A stretch of DNA of 63,992 nt, filler included, from an uncultured bacterium (GTDB lineage Bacteria; Latescibacterota; UBA2968): NCBI GenBank assembly GCA_964471275.1. It is 3 parts of 3 records of this genome, joined end to end, with 100 filler letters (N's around TTAATTAATTAA, not from the genome) between each part and the next. Parts side by side here need not be neighbours in the genome. Positions count along the whole stretch, not along the records: positions 25,587 to 50,945 come from CAYYGZ010000038.1; positions 51,046 to 63,992 come from CAYYGZ010000136.1; 1 more part is not named here. The stretch is one strand, 5' to 3'. The position numbers and the translations under genes were made by a program. The notes under the pieces were generated by a model. That model ran no database searches. It was not told where the DNA came from and saw nothing but the letters and a program-made list of their open reading frames with translations. Below, in pieces: positions 47,809 through 57,266 of the stretch; within the stretch, counting starts at the first letter, position 1, and the number at the start of each line of letters is the position of its first letter.

Positions 47809-47898
47809 TTGAGCCAGATGGCGTTTGTCCGGCTTGACCCTCAGGTCCCCGGAGACTACCATTTGGCGGATATTTTCCGTCTACGCCGAAGGAGAAAG

Positions 47899-49113
47899 AT
47901 GAGTAGATCCTACAAGGTCCGCGCCGCGCATTGCCATCATCGAGCACCGGAGGAAGAGATCTATGCGACGTTGAGGCGGATCACCGATCCCCTGGATCGC
48001 TCCTGGGAAAAGCTTGAATCTGCCGAGCGGATCGTCTTGAAATTCAACATGATGAAGCTGACCCATAGCCTTCACTACTATGCCGGTAGAAGGCGTGAAC
48101 TGGTCGATGAGGCCGTGTGTCGGTCGGTGCTCCGGCTGCTCAAGGAGCGAACGACGGCAAAGTTGATTGTCACAGACACAAATCCATACACCAAAGAGCA
48201 TCTGATGGGCGAAGATTTCAACTATGCCCACATTCTGAGGGAGTATGATGCTGAGTTTGTAGATTCGAATGCGGAGCCGATCCGGTCCTACGACGTCCCG
48301 GGTGGCGGTTTGATGTTCGATCGCTACCAGCTGAGCGGATGTTTCGAGGGCGCCGAGGTCGTGTCCGTGTCGAAGATGAAGAACCACCTGTTCATGGGAG
48401 TCACGCTTTGTATGAAGAATCTGTTTGGGCTTCCTCCCATCACGCCACCAAAAGGACGAGTGCGGTCGTATTACCACCATTTCATACGCCTTGCCTACGT
48501 TCTTCCCGATCTGGGGATGATCACAAACCCGTGTTTGAACATCATCGATGCCCTGACAGGACAGTATGGGCGTGAATGGGGAGGGGAAGGACGGATCTGT
48601 GATGCATTGATCGCAGGTGACCACGTTACGTCGACAGATGCCTGCGGCACCGCCTTGATGGGGCATGATCCCGCGTCTGACTGGCCGACGCCGCCCTTCC
48701 GTCGTGACCGCAATCATCTGCAGATCGCTGCCCGGCACGGGTTTGGGACGGTTGATCTGAGTGAGATCGACTTCGAGTCGGAAGTGACGGGTCCGCTCGC
48801 AGAATTCGATGCCGAAGCTACCGACTCGGATACGACCGTCGACAGTTGGCGTCGCACGACGTGTGAACAGGCCTTGGTTTACCGGGATGATGCCCCTTCC
48901 CTGATCGACAAGCATCGCGGCGAGTATATCTTCCTGCAGGATGGTGATATCGTCTGGTCGGGTGCCGACCCGTCCAGCCTCGGGAGCCGCAGGAAGCTCA
49001 GCGGCGACAAGAAGGATCAGGCAATGTGGCTCAAGCTCGTGGACCCTGAGGAAGTGGAGGGAGAGCGATTCGGGGCCTACGAAGAATGCTTGGCTGCCAC
49101 GAAGGTGGCTTAG
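47899..49113 (+). CDS. DUF362-domain protein with a short C-terminal extra domain
   Basis: AGGAG RBS; KMKNH, VTLCMKNLFG, IIDAL and STDAC motifs. Confidence 0.82.
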   Translation: MSRSYKVRAAHCHHRAPEEEIYATLRRITDPLDRSWEKLESAERIVLKFNMMKLTHSLHYYAGRRRELVDEAVCRSVLRLLKERTTAKLIVTDTNPYTKEHLMGEDFNYAHILREYDAEFVDSNAEPIRSYDVPGGGLMFDRYQLSGCFEGAEVVSVSKMKNHLFMGVTLCMKNLFGLPPITPPKGRVRSYYHHFIRLAYVLPDLGMITNPCLNIIDALTGQYGREWGGEGRICDALIAGDHVTSTDACGTALMGHDPASDWPTPPFRRDRNHLQIAARHGFGTVDLSEIDFESEVTGPLAEFDAEATDSDTTVDSWRRTTCEQALVYRDDAPSLIDKHRGEYIFLQDGDIVWSGADPSSLGSRRKLSGDKKDQAMWLKLVDPEEVEGERFGAYEECLAATKVA

Positions 49114-49165
49114 GTAGCCAGGGCTGGATTCCTGCCACCGACATCATCTGCGATCACATTGTCGG

Positions 49166-49194
49166 TTGACAGACCCAAACGATCACCTTAGGCT
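49166..49194 (+). promoter_or_regulatory. Sigma70-type promoter
   Basis: TTGACA-17 nt-TAGGCT. Confidence 0.5.
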
Positions 49195-49278
49195 GGGTTC
49201 TCTTCGGTCTGGCGTGCCATCATCCGCGATTACCCAGCTTTCACAGGCCAAAATCTGTATGACGACGTATTCCCGCCA

Positions 49279-49662
49279 ATGACTTTATCGGTGCAATTCT
49301 TCGACACCAACACCATTCAGAAGCTTGCAGACGGGCACGAGTATGCGCGCGGTGAGGCACGTTCCCGTTGTCTTTGCCGATGGCACCATTCGCGGCGTGA
49401 TCTCGGACTGGAACTTGCCCCGGGATGCCGTTGCGGATGCCATCGCAACCGAGGCAAAGCCTCTGTGTCGCTTCGGCTTGTTCGAGATCTGGTTTCTCCG
49501 CAGCTTCTCACGACTGGCCTGGATACAGACATCACGCGTGTTCTCTACGAAGAACACGTCGGCACACTCCCGATCATTGATGAAAACAAGAATCTGATGG
49601 GCTTGATCACAAGAAGCGATATCCTGAAGGCGATTGTCGAAGGAGATCTTCTTGCCGAGTAG
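49279..49662 (+). pseudogene. Frameshifted CBS-domain pair protein
   Basis: The first CBS motif VRHVPVV..DGTIRGVISD lies in the 49325 frame; the second, VGTLPIIDENKNLMGLITRSDIL, lies in the 49279 frame. Confidence 0.7.
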
Positions 49663-50710
49663 CAATGGAAAAGGTCCACTACGGGGTGGCGTGATCGGCT
49701 GCGGCTACTTCGCCCAGAACCATTTGAATGGCTGGGGAGAAGTGGCGGGCGCAGAGATTGTTGCACTGTGTGATCAGGATAGTCGGGTGCTCGAGGCCAC
49801 GGCGCGCAAGTTCTCCGCCGATCGTATCTTTACGGATGCGGCCACCATGTTTGAAGAAATGGATCTCGATTTTGTCGATGTCATTACCCTGGCCCCGTCA
49901 CACCGTTCACTCGTCGAGTTAGCAGCATCGCGTGGCATACACGTGATCTGCCAGAAACCGTTCGCGCCGACGCTGTCCGAAGCACGTGACATGGTGATCG
50001 CCTGCAGGCACGCCGGTGTAAAGCTGATGGTCCACGAGAATTTCCGTTGGCAGCGTCCGATGCGGGCCCTGAAGGCGGCCCTTGCCAGCGGAGAGATCGG
50101 TGAGCCCTTCTTTGCTCGTATCTCGTTCCGGAGCGCATGGGACGTCTACACATACCAACCCTATCTCGCGACGGACGATCGGTTCATCCTCTACGACCTG
50201 GGCATCCATCTCCTGGACTTGGCACGTTTCTTCCTGGGCGAGGTGGAGCAGGTCTATGCCCGGACGCAGCGTGTCAATCCGAACATACAGGGGGAGGATG
50301 TCGCTACGATTCTCCTGGACCTTGAGCGTGGGCGCTCGTGTGTTGTCGAGGCAAGCTATGCCTCACATCTCGAACACGAGGTGTTTCCACAAACGCTGAT
50401 ACAGATCGAAGGCGAATGTGGCTCGGCAACGCTTGGCAGGGATTATGCGCTGACTGTCGTTTCGGACAAGGGAATGGAGCATCGCACAGTAGCCCCGGAT
50501 ACCTACACCTGGAGCACGGATCCCGGTGGAGCGATCCAGAACGGGGTGGTGTCGATTCAGGAGCACTGGGTCGATTGTCTCGAACGGGATCTCGAACCAG
50601 AGACTACCGGAAGCGACAACCTGCGCACGCTGGAACTGGTCTTTGGTGCGTATACGTCAGCGTCTGAGCGATCGGTCTATCGAACCGAGAAGAGCCTGGG
50701 CACGTGGTAG
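49652..50710 (+). CDS. Gfo/Idh/MocA oxidoreductase, D-apiose dehydrogenase-like
   Basis: IGCGYFA, CQKPFA, HENFRWQ, QPYLA and DLGIHLLD; TTG start after GAAGGAG. Confidence 0.88.
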   Translation: MPSSNGKGPLRGGVIGCGYFAQNHLNGWGEVAGAEIVALCDQDSRVLEATARKFSADRIFTDAATMFEEMDLDFVDVITLAPSHRSLVELAASRGIHVICQKPFAPTLSEARDMVIACRHAGVKLMVHENFRWQRPMRALKAALASGEIGEPFFARISFRSAWDVYTYQPYLATDDRFILYDLGIHLLDLARFFLGEVEQVYARTQRVNPNIQGEDVATILLDLERGRSCVVEASYASHLEHEVFPQTLIQIEGECGSATLGRDYALTVVSDKGMEHRTVAPDTYTWSTDPGGAIQNGVVSIQEHWVDCLERDLEPETTGSDNLRTLELVFGAYTSASERSVYRTEKSLGTW

Positions 50711-50734
50711 AATACCCAAAGGCCGGGGGACCTT

Positions 50735-50945
50735 ATGCCTGAAGAATCGGAAGTCTTGGTCAATGATCTGAGAATACGCGTCGAGCGCCTCGAACTGCTT
50801 CTCATGATCGGTCGGATGATGCACGCCACATCTGACCAGGAAGAGTTGATCAACAATATCGCCATGGCCGTCGGGCACTATCTCGAGGCAGATCGCTGTT
50901 CGATCTTCTTTCACGACAAGATCACCGATGAACTCTACACCCACC
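50735..50945 (+). CDS. N-terminus of a GAF-domain signalling protein, truncated by the contig end
   Basis: LEADRCSIFFHDKITDELY is a typical GAF entry motif. Confidence 0.7.
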
Positions 50946-51045
50946 NNNNNNNNNNNNNNNNNNNNNNNNNNNNNNNNNNNNNNNNNNNNTTAATTAATTA
51001 ANNNNNNNNNNNNNNNNNNNNNNNNNNNNNNNNNNNNNNNNNNNN
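50946..51045. other. Artificial contig-joining linker
   Basis: N44-TTAATTAATTAA-N44. Confidence 0.98.
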
Positions 51046-51046
51046 T

Positions 51047-51667
51047 CCTGCCTACGGCAGCAGGATCGCAAGGTCTGCTCGTTCAGTTGTCTGTCTGGAT
51101 CATCATCTCTACGTGCTTGTCGATGAGATGGTGTCCACATCCGAGGCTATGTGGTCCTGGCATCTGCACGCAATAAAACCGATCGACAGCGACCGCAAAG
51201 GTCGGCACGTAACCATCAGGTATGACAAAGCTGCGCTCGATGTATCCTTCTGTCACGAGAATGAGTTGATCTTCAGGTCATTCGATGGATGGGAATACGC
51301 TCCTTTCGGGTATGCGAACGAGGAGGATATTCCCGAGGAAGCGGCACGATACCACCTGGATGTGACTTCCAACATGCCTGCGAAGCGGGATGTCCTAGTT
51401 ACAGTTCTGAGTCCGTATCGAATCGGGGAAGAGAGGGCCGTGGTGGATCGGTTGTGGGATGACGGTATCCGGGGGGCGTCCATTGGATGGAAGGGGCAGA
51501 AATACATCATCCGTGCACACATCGATCTGAGTCTCGACCGACCGCTGATCCGTCTGGATGTCGCGGCGGAAGGAAACGGCGGAACCTGTGCCTACCGGAT
51601 CGAACCCGGGAAGGATGGCTATGAGGGTGACACGGTCCTCCTAGACGCCGACGCGGTGGTCCGGTAG
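51047..51667 (+). CDS. C-terminal part of a probable heparinase II/III-like protein
   Basis: Frame is open from the contig edge: PAYGSRIARSARSVV...YVLVDE...WSWHLHA. Confidence 0.5.
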   Translation, partial: PAYGSRIARSARSVVCLDHHLYVLVDEMVSTSEAMWSWHLHAIKPIDSDRKGRHVTIRYDKAALDVSFCHENELIFRSFDGWEYAPFGYANEEDIPEEAARYHLDVTSNMPAKRDVLVTVLSPYRIGEERAVVDRLWDDGIRGASIGWKGQKYIIRAHIDLSLDRPLIRLDVAAEGNGGTCAYRIEPGKDGYEGDTVLLDADAVVR

Positions 51668-52426
51668 GTGTTCCAGGTTCTATTTACCATGCTCGCTGTC
51701 CTGTGCTACGGTCACGTAGAGGCACAGGTCGATATCGAGAGCATTCGGCGCGACGGGAAGGCCGGTCTGACTGGATCAATCGAGCTTGACCTGACGGTCC
51801 GCAGCGGAAACGTTGACCTGTTTGAGGTCGGTCCTGGAATCCTCTTGAGCTATGTGGATTCTGTGTATGCAATACTTCTTGTGGCATCCGGAGACGTCGG
51901 CTGGGAAGGGAACGAGCGGTTCTCGAACGAGGCGCTCGGTCATCTTCGATATGTACACAGGATATCCCATCGGGTATATGCGGAGTCGTTCATTCAAGCG
52001 AATTACGACAAATCGCGCCGCCTGAATTACAGGAACCTGGTCGGTGGAGGGATACGTCTGAACCTGGTTTCTACTGCTGGCGCCTCCCTCTCGTTGGGTA
52101 GCTCGTATCTGTTCGAACACGAGCAGAATGGTGTGCCCGCTGGCGGGAGGCACCCGGGTGAAACCTCCGTGAATCGATGGAACAGTTATGTTGGGGCTCG
52201 TCTTAAGTTGAGCCAGAATGCGGTTGCATCCGGTACCCTGTACTCTCAACCGAACATGTCACGTTTCAGCGACAGACGCTTCTTGATGGAGACTAAGCTG
52301 ACGGCTTCGGTCACAGATGCTGTCTCGCTACACACTACCGTATTCTTCCGGCACGACAGTGACCCGGTCGATACCATCGCGCGATCAGATTTTCGCCTGA
52401 GCACCGGCGTGTCTGTGGGATGGTAG
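51668..52426 (+). CDS. DUF481-family outer-membrane beta-barrel protein
   Basis: Signal peptide, RSGNVD, amphipathic strands and terminal Trp. Confidence 0.8.
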   Translation: MFQVLFTMLAVLCYGHVEAQVDIESIRRDGKAGLTGSIELDLTVRSGNVDLFEVGPGILLSYVDSVYAILLVASGDVGWEGNERFSNEALGHLRYVHRISHRVYAESFIQANYDKSRRLNYRNLVGGGIRLNLVSTAGASLSLGSSYLFEHEQNGVPAGGRHPGETSVNRWNSYVGARLKLSQNAVASGTLYSQPNMSRFSDRRFLMETKLTASVTDAVSLHTTVFFRHDSDPVDTIARSDFRLSTGVSVGW

Positions 52427-52432
52427 GTCGAC

Positions 52433-53167
52433 GTGGACGAATCTGATCTGGACTCAAATGATGCGGCGATTACACGCGTGGTTGGTGGCTGCCGGTTTAC
52501 CGAGGGCCCGGCCGCTGACGATCAGGGCAATCTCTTCTTCTCGGATTGCCCGAACAACCGTGTGATGGTGCTGCGGCCATCCGGTGAAGCGGAAGTCTGG
52601 CGTGAACCGAGCGGGCGCGCGAACGGGTTGAATTTCGACCCGAATGGTGCTCTTACCGCCTGCTGCGCGCAGGGAGAGGCGGGGCTCCGGTCCGTAGTGC
52701 GATTCGAGGATGGCGGCAGGCACGAAATCCTTGCTGCCGAATATGAAGGGAAGCGGCTCAACAGTCCGAATGACCTGTGCTTCGATCCGGAAGGTCAAAT
52801 CTACTTTAATGACCCGAGGTATGGGAACGGTTCCGTTTGTGAGCAAGACTGCATAGGCGTCTACCGAATCGATCTTGATGGTTGCCTGACCCGGGTCATC
52901 GATGATGCCGAGACCCCGAACGGTATTCTGATGACGCCCGAAGGGAAGACGATCTACCTGGTTGATAACAATCTTCAGAGCGGCGGGGAAGTCTACGTTT
53001 TCTCGGCCCAGGGCGAGCAGCTGGGTTTCATTCATACACCGGAGCCTTCGACAAACTGCACATTCGGCGGGCCCGAGTTCAAGACGTTGTATATAACAGC
53101 GACAACATCCGTCTACTCGGTCGAGTGTACGGAGCCAGGTTTTCTGGCGTTTCCGAAGATTACCTAA
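52433..53167 (+). CDS. SMP-30/gluconolactonase/LRE-family protein with an apparent internal deletion
   Basis: FTEGP, RLNSPNDL, PNG and TNCTFGG are present; the PDG-containing blade is missing. Confidence 0.85.
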   Translation: MDESDLDSNDAAITRVVGGCRFTEGPAADDQGNLFFSDCPNNRVMVLRPSGEAEVWREPSGRANGLNFDPNGALTACCAQGEAGLRSVVRFEDGGRHEILAAEYEGKRLNSPNDLCFDPEGQIYFNDPRYGNGSVCEQDCIGVYRIDLDGCLTRVIDDAETPNGILMTPEGKTIYLVDNNLQSGGEVYVFSAQGEQLGFIHTPEPSTNCTFGGPEFKTLYITATTSVYSVECTEPGFLAFPKIT

Positions 53168-53178
53168 GGAGCAATGGG

Positions 53179-53970
53179 ATGAAGATTGGCGTAACACAGA
53201 TCATTCTGGGTGATTACAGCCTTCAGCAGGTGCTGGACCTATGCGTTGACGCTGACTACGATGCTGTCGAACTCGTTTTCGCCGAAGGCAAGGATCCTGA
53301 TGTTGATATGAGCGACGATGAGATTCGGGTGGTACGGAAACAATTCGACGAAGCCGGGATCGAGATTGGCAGTTCGATTGCCTGGTATGCGGATCGTGGT
53401 TGCTTCCTGAGCCAATCCGCTCAGGAGCGCGAGCAGGGCAAGAAGTGTTTGAGGCGTTCGATCGAGGTGGCCAGTGTGCTGGGGGTGGATGCCGTGCTGC
53501 TCCATCCTGGTCAACTGACGGAGAATGCGACATATCAGGAGGCGTGGGACTGGATGCTGGGTGAGCTGAAGGAGATCGCGCCGCTGGCTGAGGAGAAGGG
53601 CGTGACTGTCGGTATAGAGAATGTCTGGAACAAGTTCCTGCTGAGCGCGAAGGAAATGGGCGACTTTGTCGATGCTGTCGGTAGTCCACGCATCGGAACG
53701 TATCTGGATACGGCGAACATGATGTTCTACGGCTTCCCGGAGCATTGGATCCGGGGACTAGGCAGCCGAATCTCTCGCGTTCACTTCAAAGACTTTGTCC
53801 GAAAGGATCGGGATTTCGTTCCTCTGATGGACGGAGACACGGATTGGGCTACGGTGATGAAGGATCTTCGGGACATCGGCTATGACAAGTATGTGATCCA
53901 CGAAGTCGGTGGGGACCGGGACCTGCAGATCGAGATGGCGAAACGGATGCGAAAGATCATCAGCCTATGA
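53179..53970 (+). CDS. Sugar phosphate isomerase/epimerase (AP endonuclease 2-like TIM barrel)
   Basis: IENVWNKFLLS, YLDTAN, VHFKDF and HEV. Confidence 0.9.
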   Translation: MKIGVTQIILGDYSLQQVLDLCVDADYDAVELVFAEGKDPDVDMSDDEIRVVRKQFDEAGIEIGSSIAWYADRGCFLSQSAQEREQGKKCLRRSIEVASVLGVDAVLLHPGQLTENATYQEAWDWMLGELKEIAPLAEEKGVTVGIENVWNKFLLSAKEMGDFVDAVGSPRIGTYLDTANMMFYGFPEHWIRGLGSRISRVHFKDFVRKDRDFVPLMDGDTDWATVMKDLRDIGYDKYVIHEVGGDRDLQIEMAKRMRKIISL

Positions 53971-55019
53971 GTCGCACGAGGCACGCTCTAGCGGTTGATG
54001 GCGCGGGTCAGATCAGCGTGGTTGAGGAGCCAATACCCGAACCCGGCGCGGGCGAAGTGCTGGTGGAGGTGTCTGCCAGCATGGTCAGTCCGGGAACCGA
54101 ACTGGGCGGAATCAGCCGCCGTCGCGAGAGCCCTGGTGGTGCGCCTGCCCGCCCCTTTGGTTACTCGAGCGCGGGTGTTGTTACTCAGTTGGGGGCGGGC
54201 GTCACGCGTCTTCAGGTCGGTCAGCGGGTTGCCTGCATGGGTGGGGGATATGCCCAACACGCGACCCACGGCTGCGTTCCTCAAAACATGGCGGTACCGA
54301 TTCCAGACACGGTTGCTGATGCTGACGCCGCGGCTATTCATCTCGTGGCTACTTCGCTGAATGCCGTTCGCCGACTGGAGCCGGAGATTGCCGAATATAT
54401 CGCCGTCGTCGGGCTCGGACCCGTCGGTAATTTCGCGACCCAGTGGGCTCGGATTGCGGGATGTCACGTCGCGGCGATCGATCGGCTCCCTATGCGACTC
54501 GAGACGGCCGATGTTTGCGGCGCGCATCTTTGTGTCGACCCCACCACAGATGCGGGGCTGGAGGCGATCGGGGCTTTTGCGAAGGGACGTGGGCTCGATG
54601 GCGCAATCATGGCCTTTGGTGGTGATGGGACAGCCGCCTTCAAGATGCTCGTTGGACAGATCAAGCGAGCCCCGGATACGCACCAGATGGGTCGTATCGT
54701 GAATGTGGGGGGGGCACGCATCGATCACAATTGGGCAGCCGCCCTGGGGAACCTGGATCTGCGATCCGCGGCCCGTACTGGTCCCGGATACCACGATGAG
54801 GACTGGGAACGCGGGCAGGACTATCCACCCGTGTTTGTGCAGTGGACAACAAACCGAAACATGGAGACGTGTCTGGACTTCATTGGGCGCGGGCAGTTGC
54901 ACGTGGCGCCGCTGATCACGCACCGTGTCTCCCTGGGAGATGCGCCGGATGCCTGTGAAACACTCATACAAACACCCAACGATGCGCTTGGTATCGTTAT
55001 CCTGCCGCAGGGATTTTGA
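53967..55019 (+). CDS. MDR-family (zinc-binding alcohol dehydrogenase-like) oxidoreductase
   Basis: VSPGTE, GYSSAG, VVGLGPVG and LITHR. Confidence 0.88.
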   Translation: MSRTRHALAVDGAGQISVVEEPIPEPGAGEVLVEVSASMVSPGTELGGISRRRESPGGAPARPFGYSSAGVVTQLGAGVTRLQVGQRVACMGGGYAQHATHGCVPQNMAVPIPDTVADADAAAIHLVATSLNAVRRLEPEIAEYIAVVGLGPVGNFATQWARIAGCHVAAIDRLPMRLETADVCGAHLCVDPTTDAGLEAIGAFAKGRGLDGAIMAFGGDGTAAFKMLVGQIKRAPDTHQMGRIVNVGGARIDHNWAAALGNLDLRSAARTGPGYHDEDWERGQDYPPVFVQWTTNRNMETCLDFIGRGQLHVAPLITHRVSLGDAPDACETLIQTPNDALGIVILPQGF

Positions 55020-56104
55020 TGGCCGGGGTCTACCGAGCGGGTGCGATCGGTCGGACGGGGCGAGGCAATTTCGGTCATGGTCTGCACAAGTGCTACGCGG
55101 AAGTGCCAAACGTCGACATTGTGGCCATCGCGGACGATGACACGGAGGGCAGGTCGAAGGCCTCCTCGGAAACGGGTGTCACGAGCGTCTACGCAGATTA
55201 CCGAGAGATGCTCGAGAAGGAAAATCTCGACATCGTCAGCGTCTGTCCTCGTTGGGTGGACTGCCACGAAGAGATGATCGCTGCAGTGCTGGAATCCGGA
55301 TCTCACGTTTACGCCGAAAAGCCGATTACGGATACACCTGAGGCCGCAGACCGTATCATCGATCTCGCTGAATCCAAGGGGCTGAAGATCGCCGTTGCAC
55401 ACCAGGCCGCGTATTTGCCGCAGATTGCGGCGATCAAGGCGATGGTCGATGACGGTCGGATCGGGAATGTCCGAACCATACGGTCTGCTGGCAAACAAGA
55501 CCAGCGAGGTGGCGGCGAGGACCTGATCGTGCTTGGAACACATTTATTCAATCTGATGCTGTTTTTTGTGGGTAATGTGCAGTCCGTCTGGGGACGGGTG
55601 ACCGTGGGGGGAAAACACATCGCTCCCTGTGATGTACGGCAGGCGGATGAGCCTGTTGGCTGGATCGCAGGCGATGCCGTAGATGCACACTACGAATTCG
55701 AATGTGGGGCAACCGCATCGTTCGAATCCCGGCGTCGGAGTAATCGTGATGGCAGACCCTACGGGATGGAGATCATCGGCGACAAGGGCTCAATCGCGCT
55801 CAGAGCCGACGGAAGCGATATTACTCTTCTGGACGATGACGCTCACGCACCGTGGGAAGTGGACCAGAACCGAGTAGCTCTGGATTTCGAGACTGCACCT
55901 CTTATGTGGGGCAATGTTCTGGCGATCACGGATCTGGTCCAAGCAATCGAGGAGGATCGAGAACCTGTCTCGAGCGCGCGGGCGGCTCGTTCGGCTCTGG
56001 AGATGATTCTGGGAATCTACGCGGCAGAGGTGTCTGGCGTGCGTGTTCCGCTGCCGCTGGAAGACAGGATGCATCCGCTCGAGGTTTGGAAGAACAGCGA
56101 TTAG
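55019..56104 (+). CDS. Gfo/Idh/MocA oxidoreductase
   Basis: GRTGRGNFGHG, YAEKP and GGGEDLIVLGTH. Confidence 0.9.
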   Translation: MAGVYRAGAIGRTGRGNFGHGLHKCYAEVPNVDIVAIADDDTEGRSKASSETGVTSVYADYREMLEKENLDIVSVCPRWVDCHEEMIAAVLESGSHVYAEKPITDTPEAADRIIDLAESKGLKIAVAHQAAYLPQIAAIKAMVDDGRIGNVRTIRSAGKQDQRGGGEDLIVLGTHLFNLMLFFVGNVQSVWGRVTVGGKHIAPCDVRQADEPVGWIAGDAVDAHYEFECGATASFESRRRSNRDGRPYGMEIIGDKGSIALRADGSDITLLDDDAHAPWEVDQNRVALDFETAPLMWGNVLAITDLVQAIEEDREPVSSARAARSALEMILGIYAAEVSGVRVPLPLEDRMHPLEVWKNSD

Positions 56105-56147
56105 GTCAGTATTTGGGTATGTTGTCTGGGAAAGAGCGGCACAAACC

Positions 56148-57104
56148 ATGAATCTGAACATACGAACAGATATCTCCACCGAAGTTGCCGGGCCGACCTT
56201 GTTGGCCGGGTGGCCGGGCATGGGAAGCGTCGGTGTGGGAGCAATCAACTACCTGCGCCGACACCTGAACGCCGTTCCCTTCGCAGATATCGACATGGCG
56301 GAATTCTTCTGCCACGAGGAGGTCGTCGTAGAGGACGGTATCGCCAAGCTTCCGGAGATGCCCTCCCACGTCTTCTACTACGTCCCCGGTCAGGATCTCA
56401 TTATCTTCGAGAGCGAAGCTCAGGTGGCAGGTCAGGGCGGGATTTCCTTGATGAACCAAGTTCTGGATCTCGCAGAAGACCTGGACGTCCAGGCCATCTA
56501 CACAGCTGCGGCGTATGCCGTACCCATGCGACACACGGAGGAAGTTCACGTCCTTGGCATTTCAAATCGTGAAACACTCAGAGACCATATTGTGGCTCAC
56601 GGTGTCGAGGTTCTGGGTCAAGGGCAAATATCCGGCCTAAACGGGCTGCTTCTGGGGTTTGCCGGCGCCCGTAACCTCTCGGCAGCCTGTTTGCTTGCGA
56701 CGATGCCCCATCACGTCCTGCAGATCCCGAATCCCAAGGCGTCACGCGGCATCGTGCAGGTGCTTTCCAGTCTACTGGACATCGATGTCGATCTTGCTGA
56801 AATGGATGCCTCGGTGGACGAAATGGGTCGCGTTCTGGAGGAGATCGAGGAGAAGATTCGATCCGCATTTTCTTCCATGGAGGGGGAGGGGCTGGCAACG
56901 CCGGAGGAATTGGGTGATGTGGATGATGAGGCGGTTCCCCAGAAGGTGATGGAACGAATTGAGCGGCTGTTTCTTCAGGTCAACCACTCCGGATCCCCTC
57001 AGGCGTCCAAGATGATGGCTGCCGAGTTGAAGCAGGAACTCGATAAGTGGAACCTTTACGGCGTCTACGAGGATCGTTTTCTCAACCTGTTCCGAGACCA
57101 GTAG
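56148..57104 (+). CDS. PAC2 (proteasome assembly chaperone) family protein
   Basis: AGWPGMGSVG, ISGLNGLLLG, IPNPKAS and C-terminal LKQELDKW...YEDRFLNLF. Confidence 0.85.
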   Translation: MNLNIRTDISTEVAGPTLLAGWPGMGSVGVGAINYLRRHLNAVPFADIDMAEFFCHEEVVVEDGIAKLPEMPSHVFYYVPGQDLIIFESEAQVAGQGGISLMNQVLDLAEDLDVQAIYTAAAYAVPMRHTEEVHVLGISNRETLRDHIVAHGVEVLGQGQISGLNGLLLGFAGARNLSAACLLATMPHHVLQIPNPKASRGIVQVLSSLLDIDVDLAEMDASVDEMGRVLEEIEEKIRSAFSSMEGEGLATPEELGDVDDEAVPQKVMERIERLFLQVNHSGSPQASKMMAAELKQELDKWNLYGVYEDRFLNLFRDQ

Positions 57105-57151
57105 CGATCGATCAGGCAAGCACACTTCGAGCATTCGGTGTCCCATATCTG

Positions 57152-57180
57152 GGCCGCAGCAGAACCGCTGCGGCCTTTGT
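57152..57180 (+). terminator. Terminator-like hairpin after the PAC2 gene
   Basis: GGCCGCAGC-agaacc-GCTGCGGCC followed by TTTGT. Confidence 0.55.
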
Positions 57181-57266
57181 CGTGCGAGGTATGGAACGGG
57201 CTTGTCTGTGAGGTAACGGGACCCTAAGTTGTGGCACCTAAATGACTTTATGCGGACGGGGAAGCA

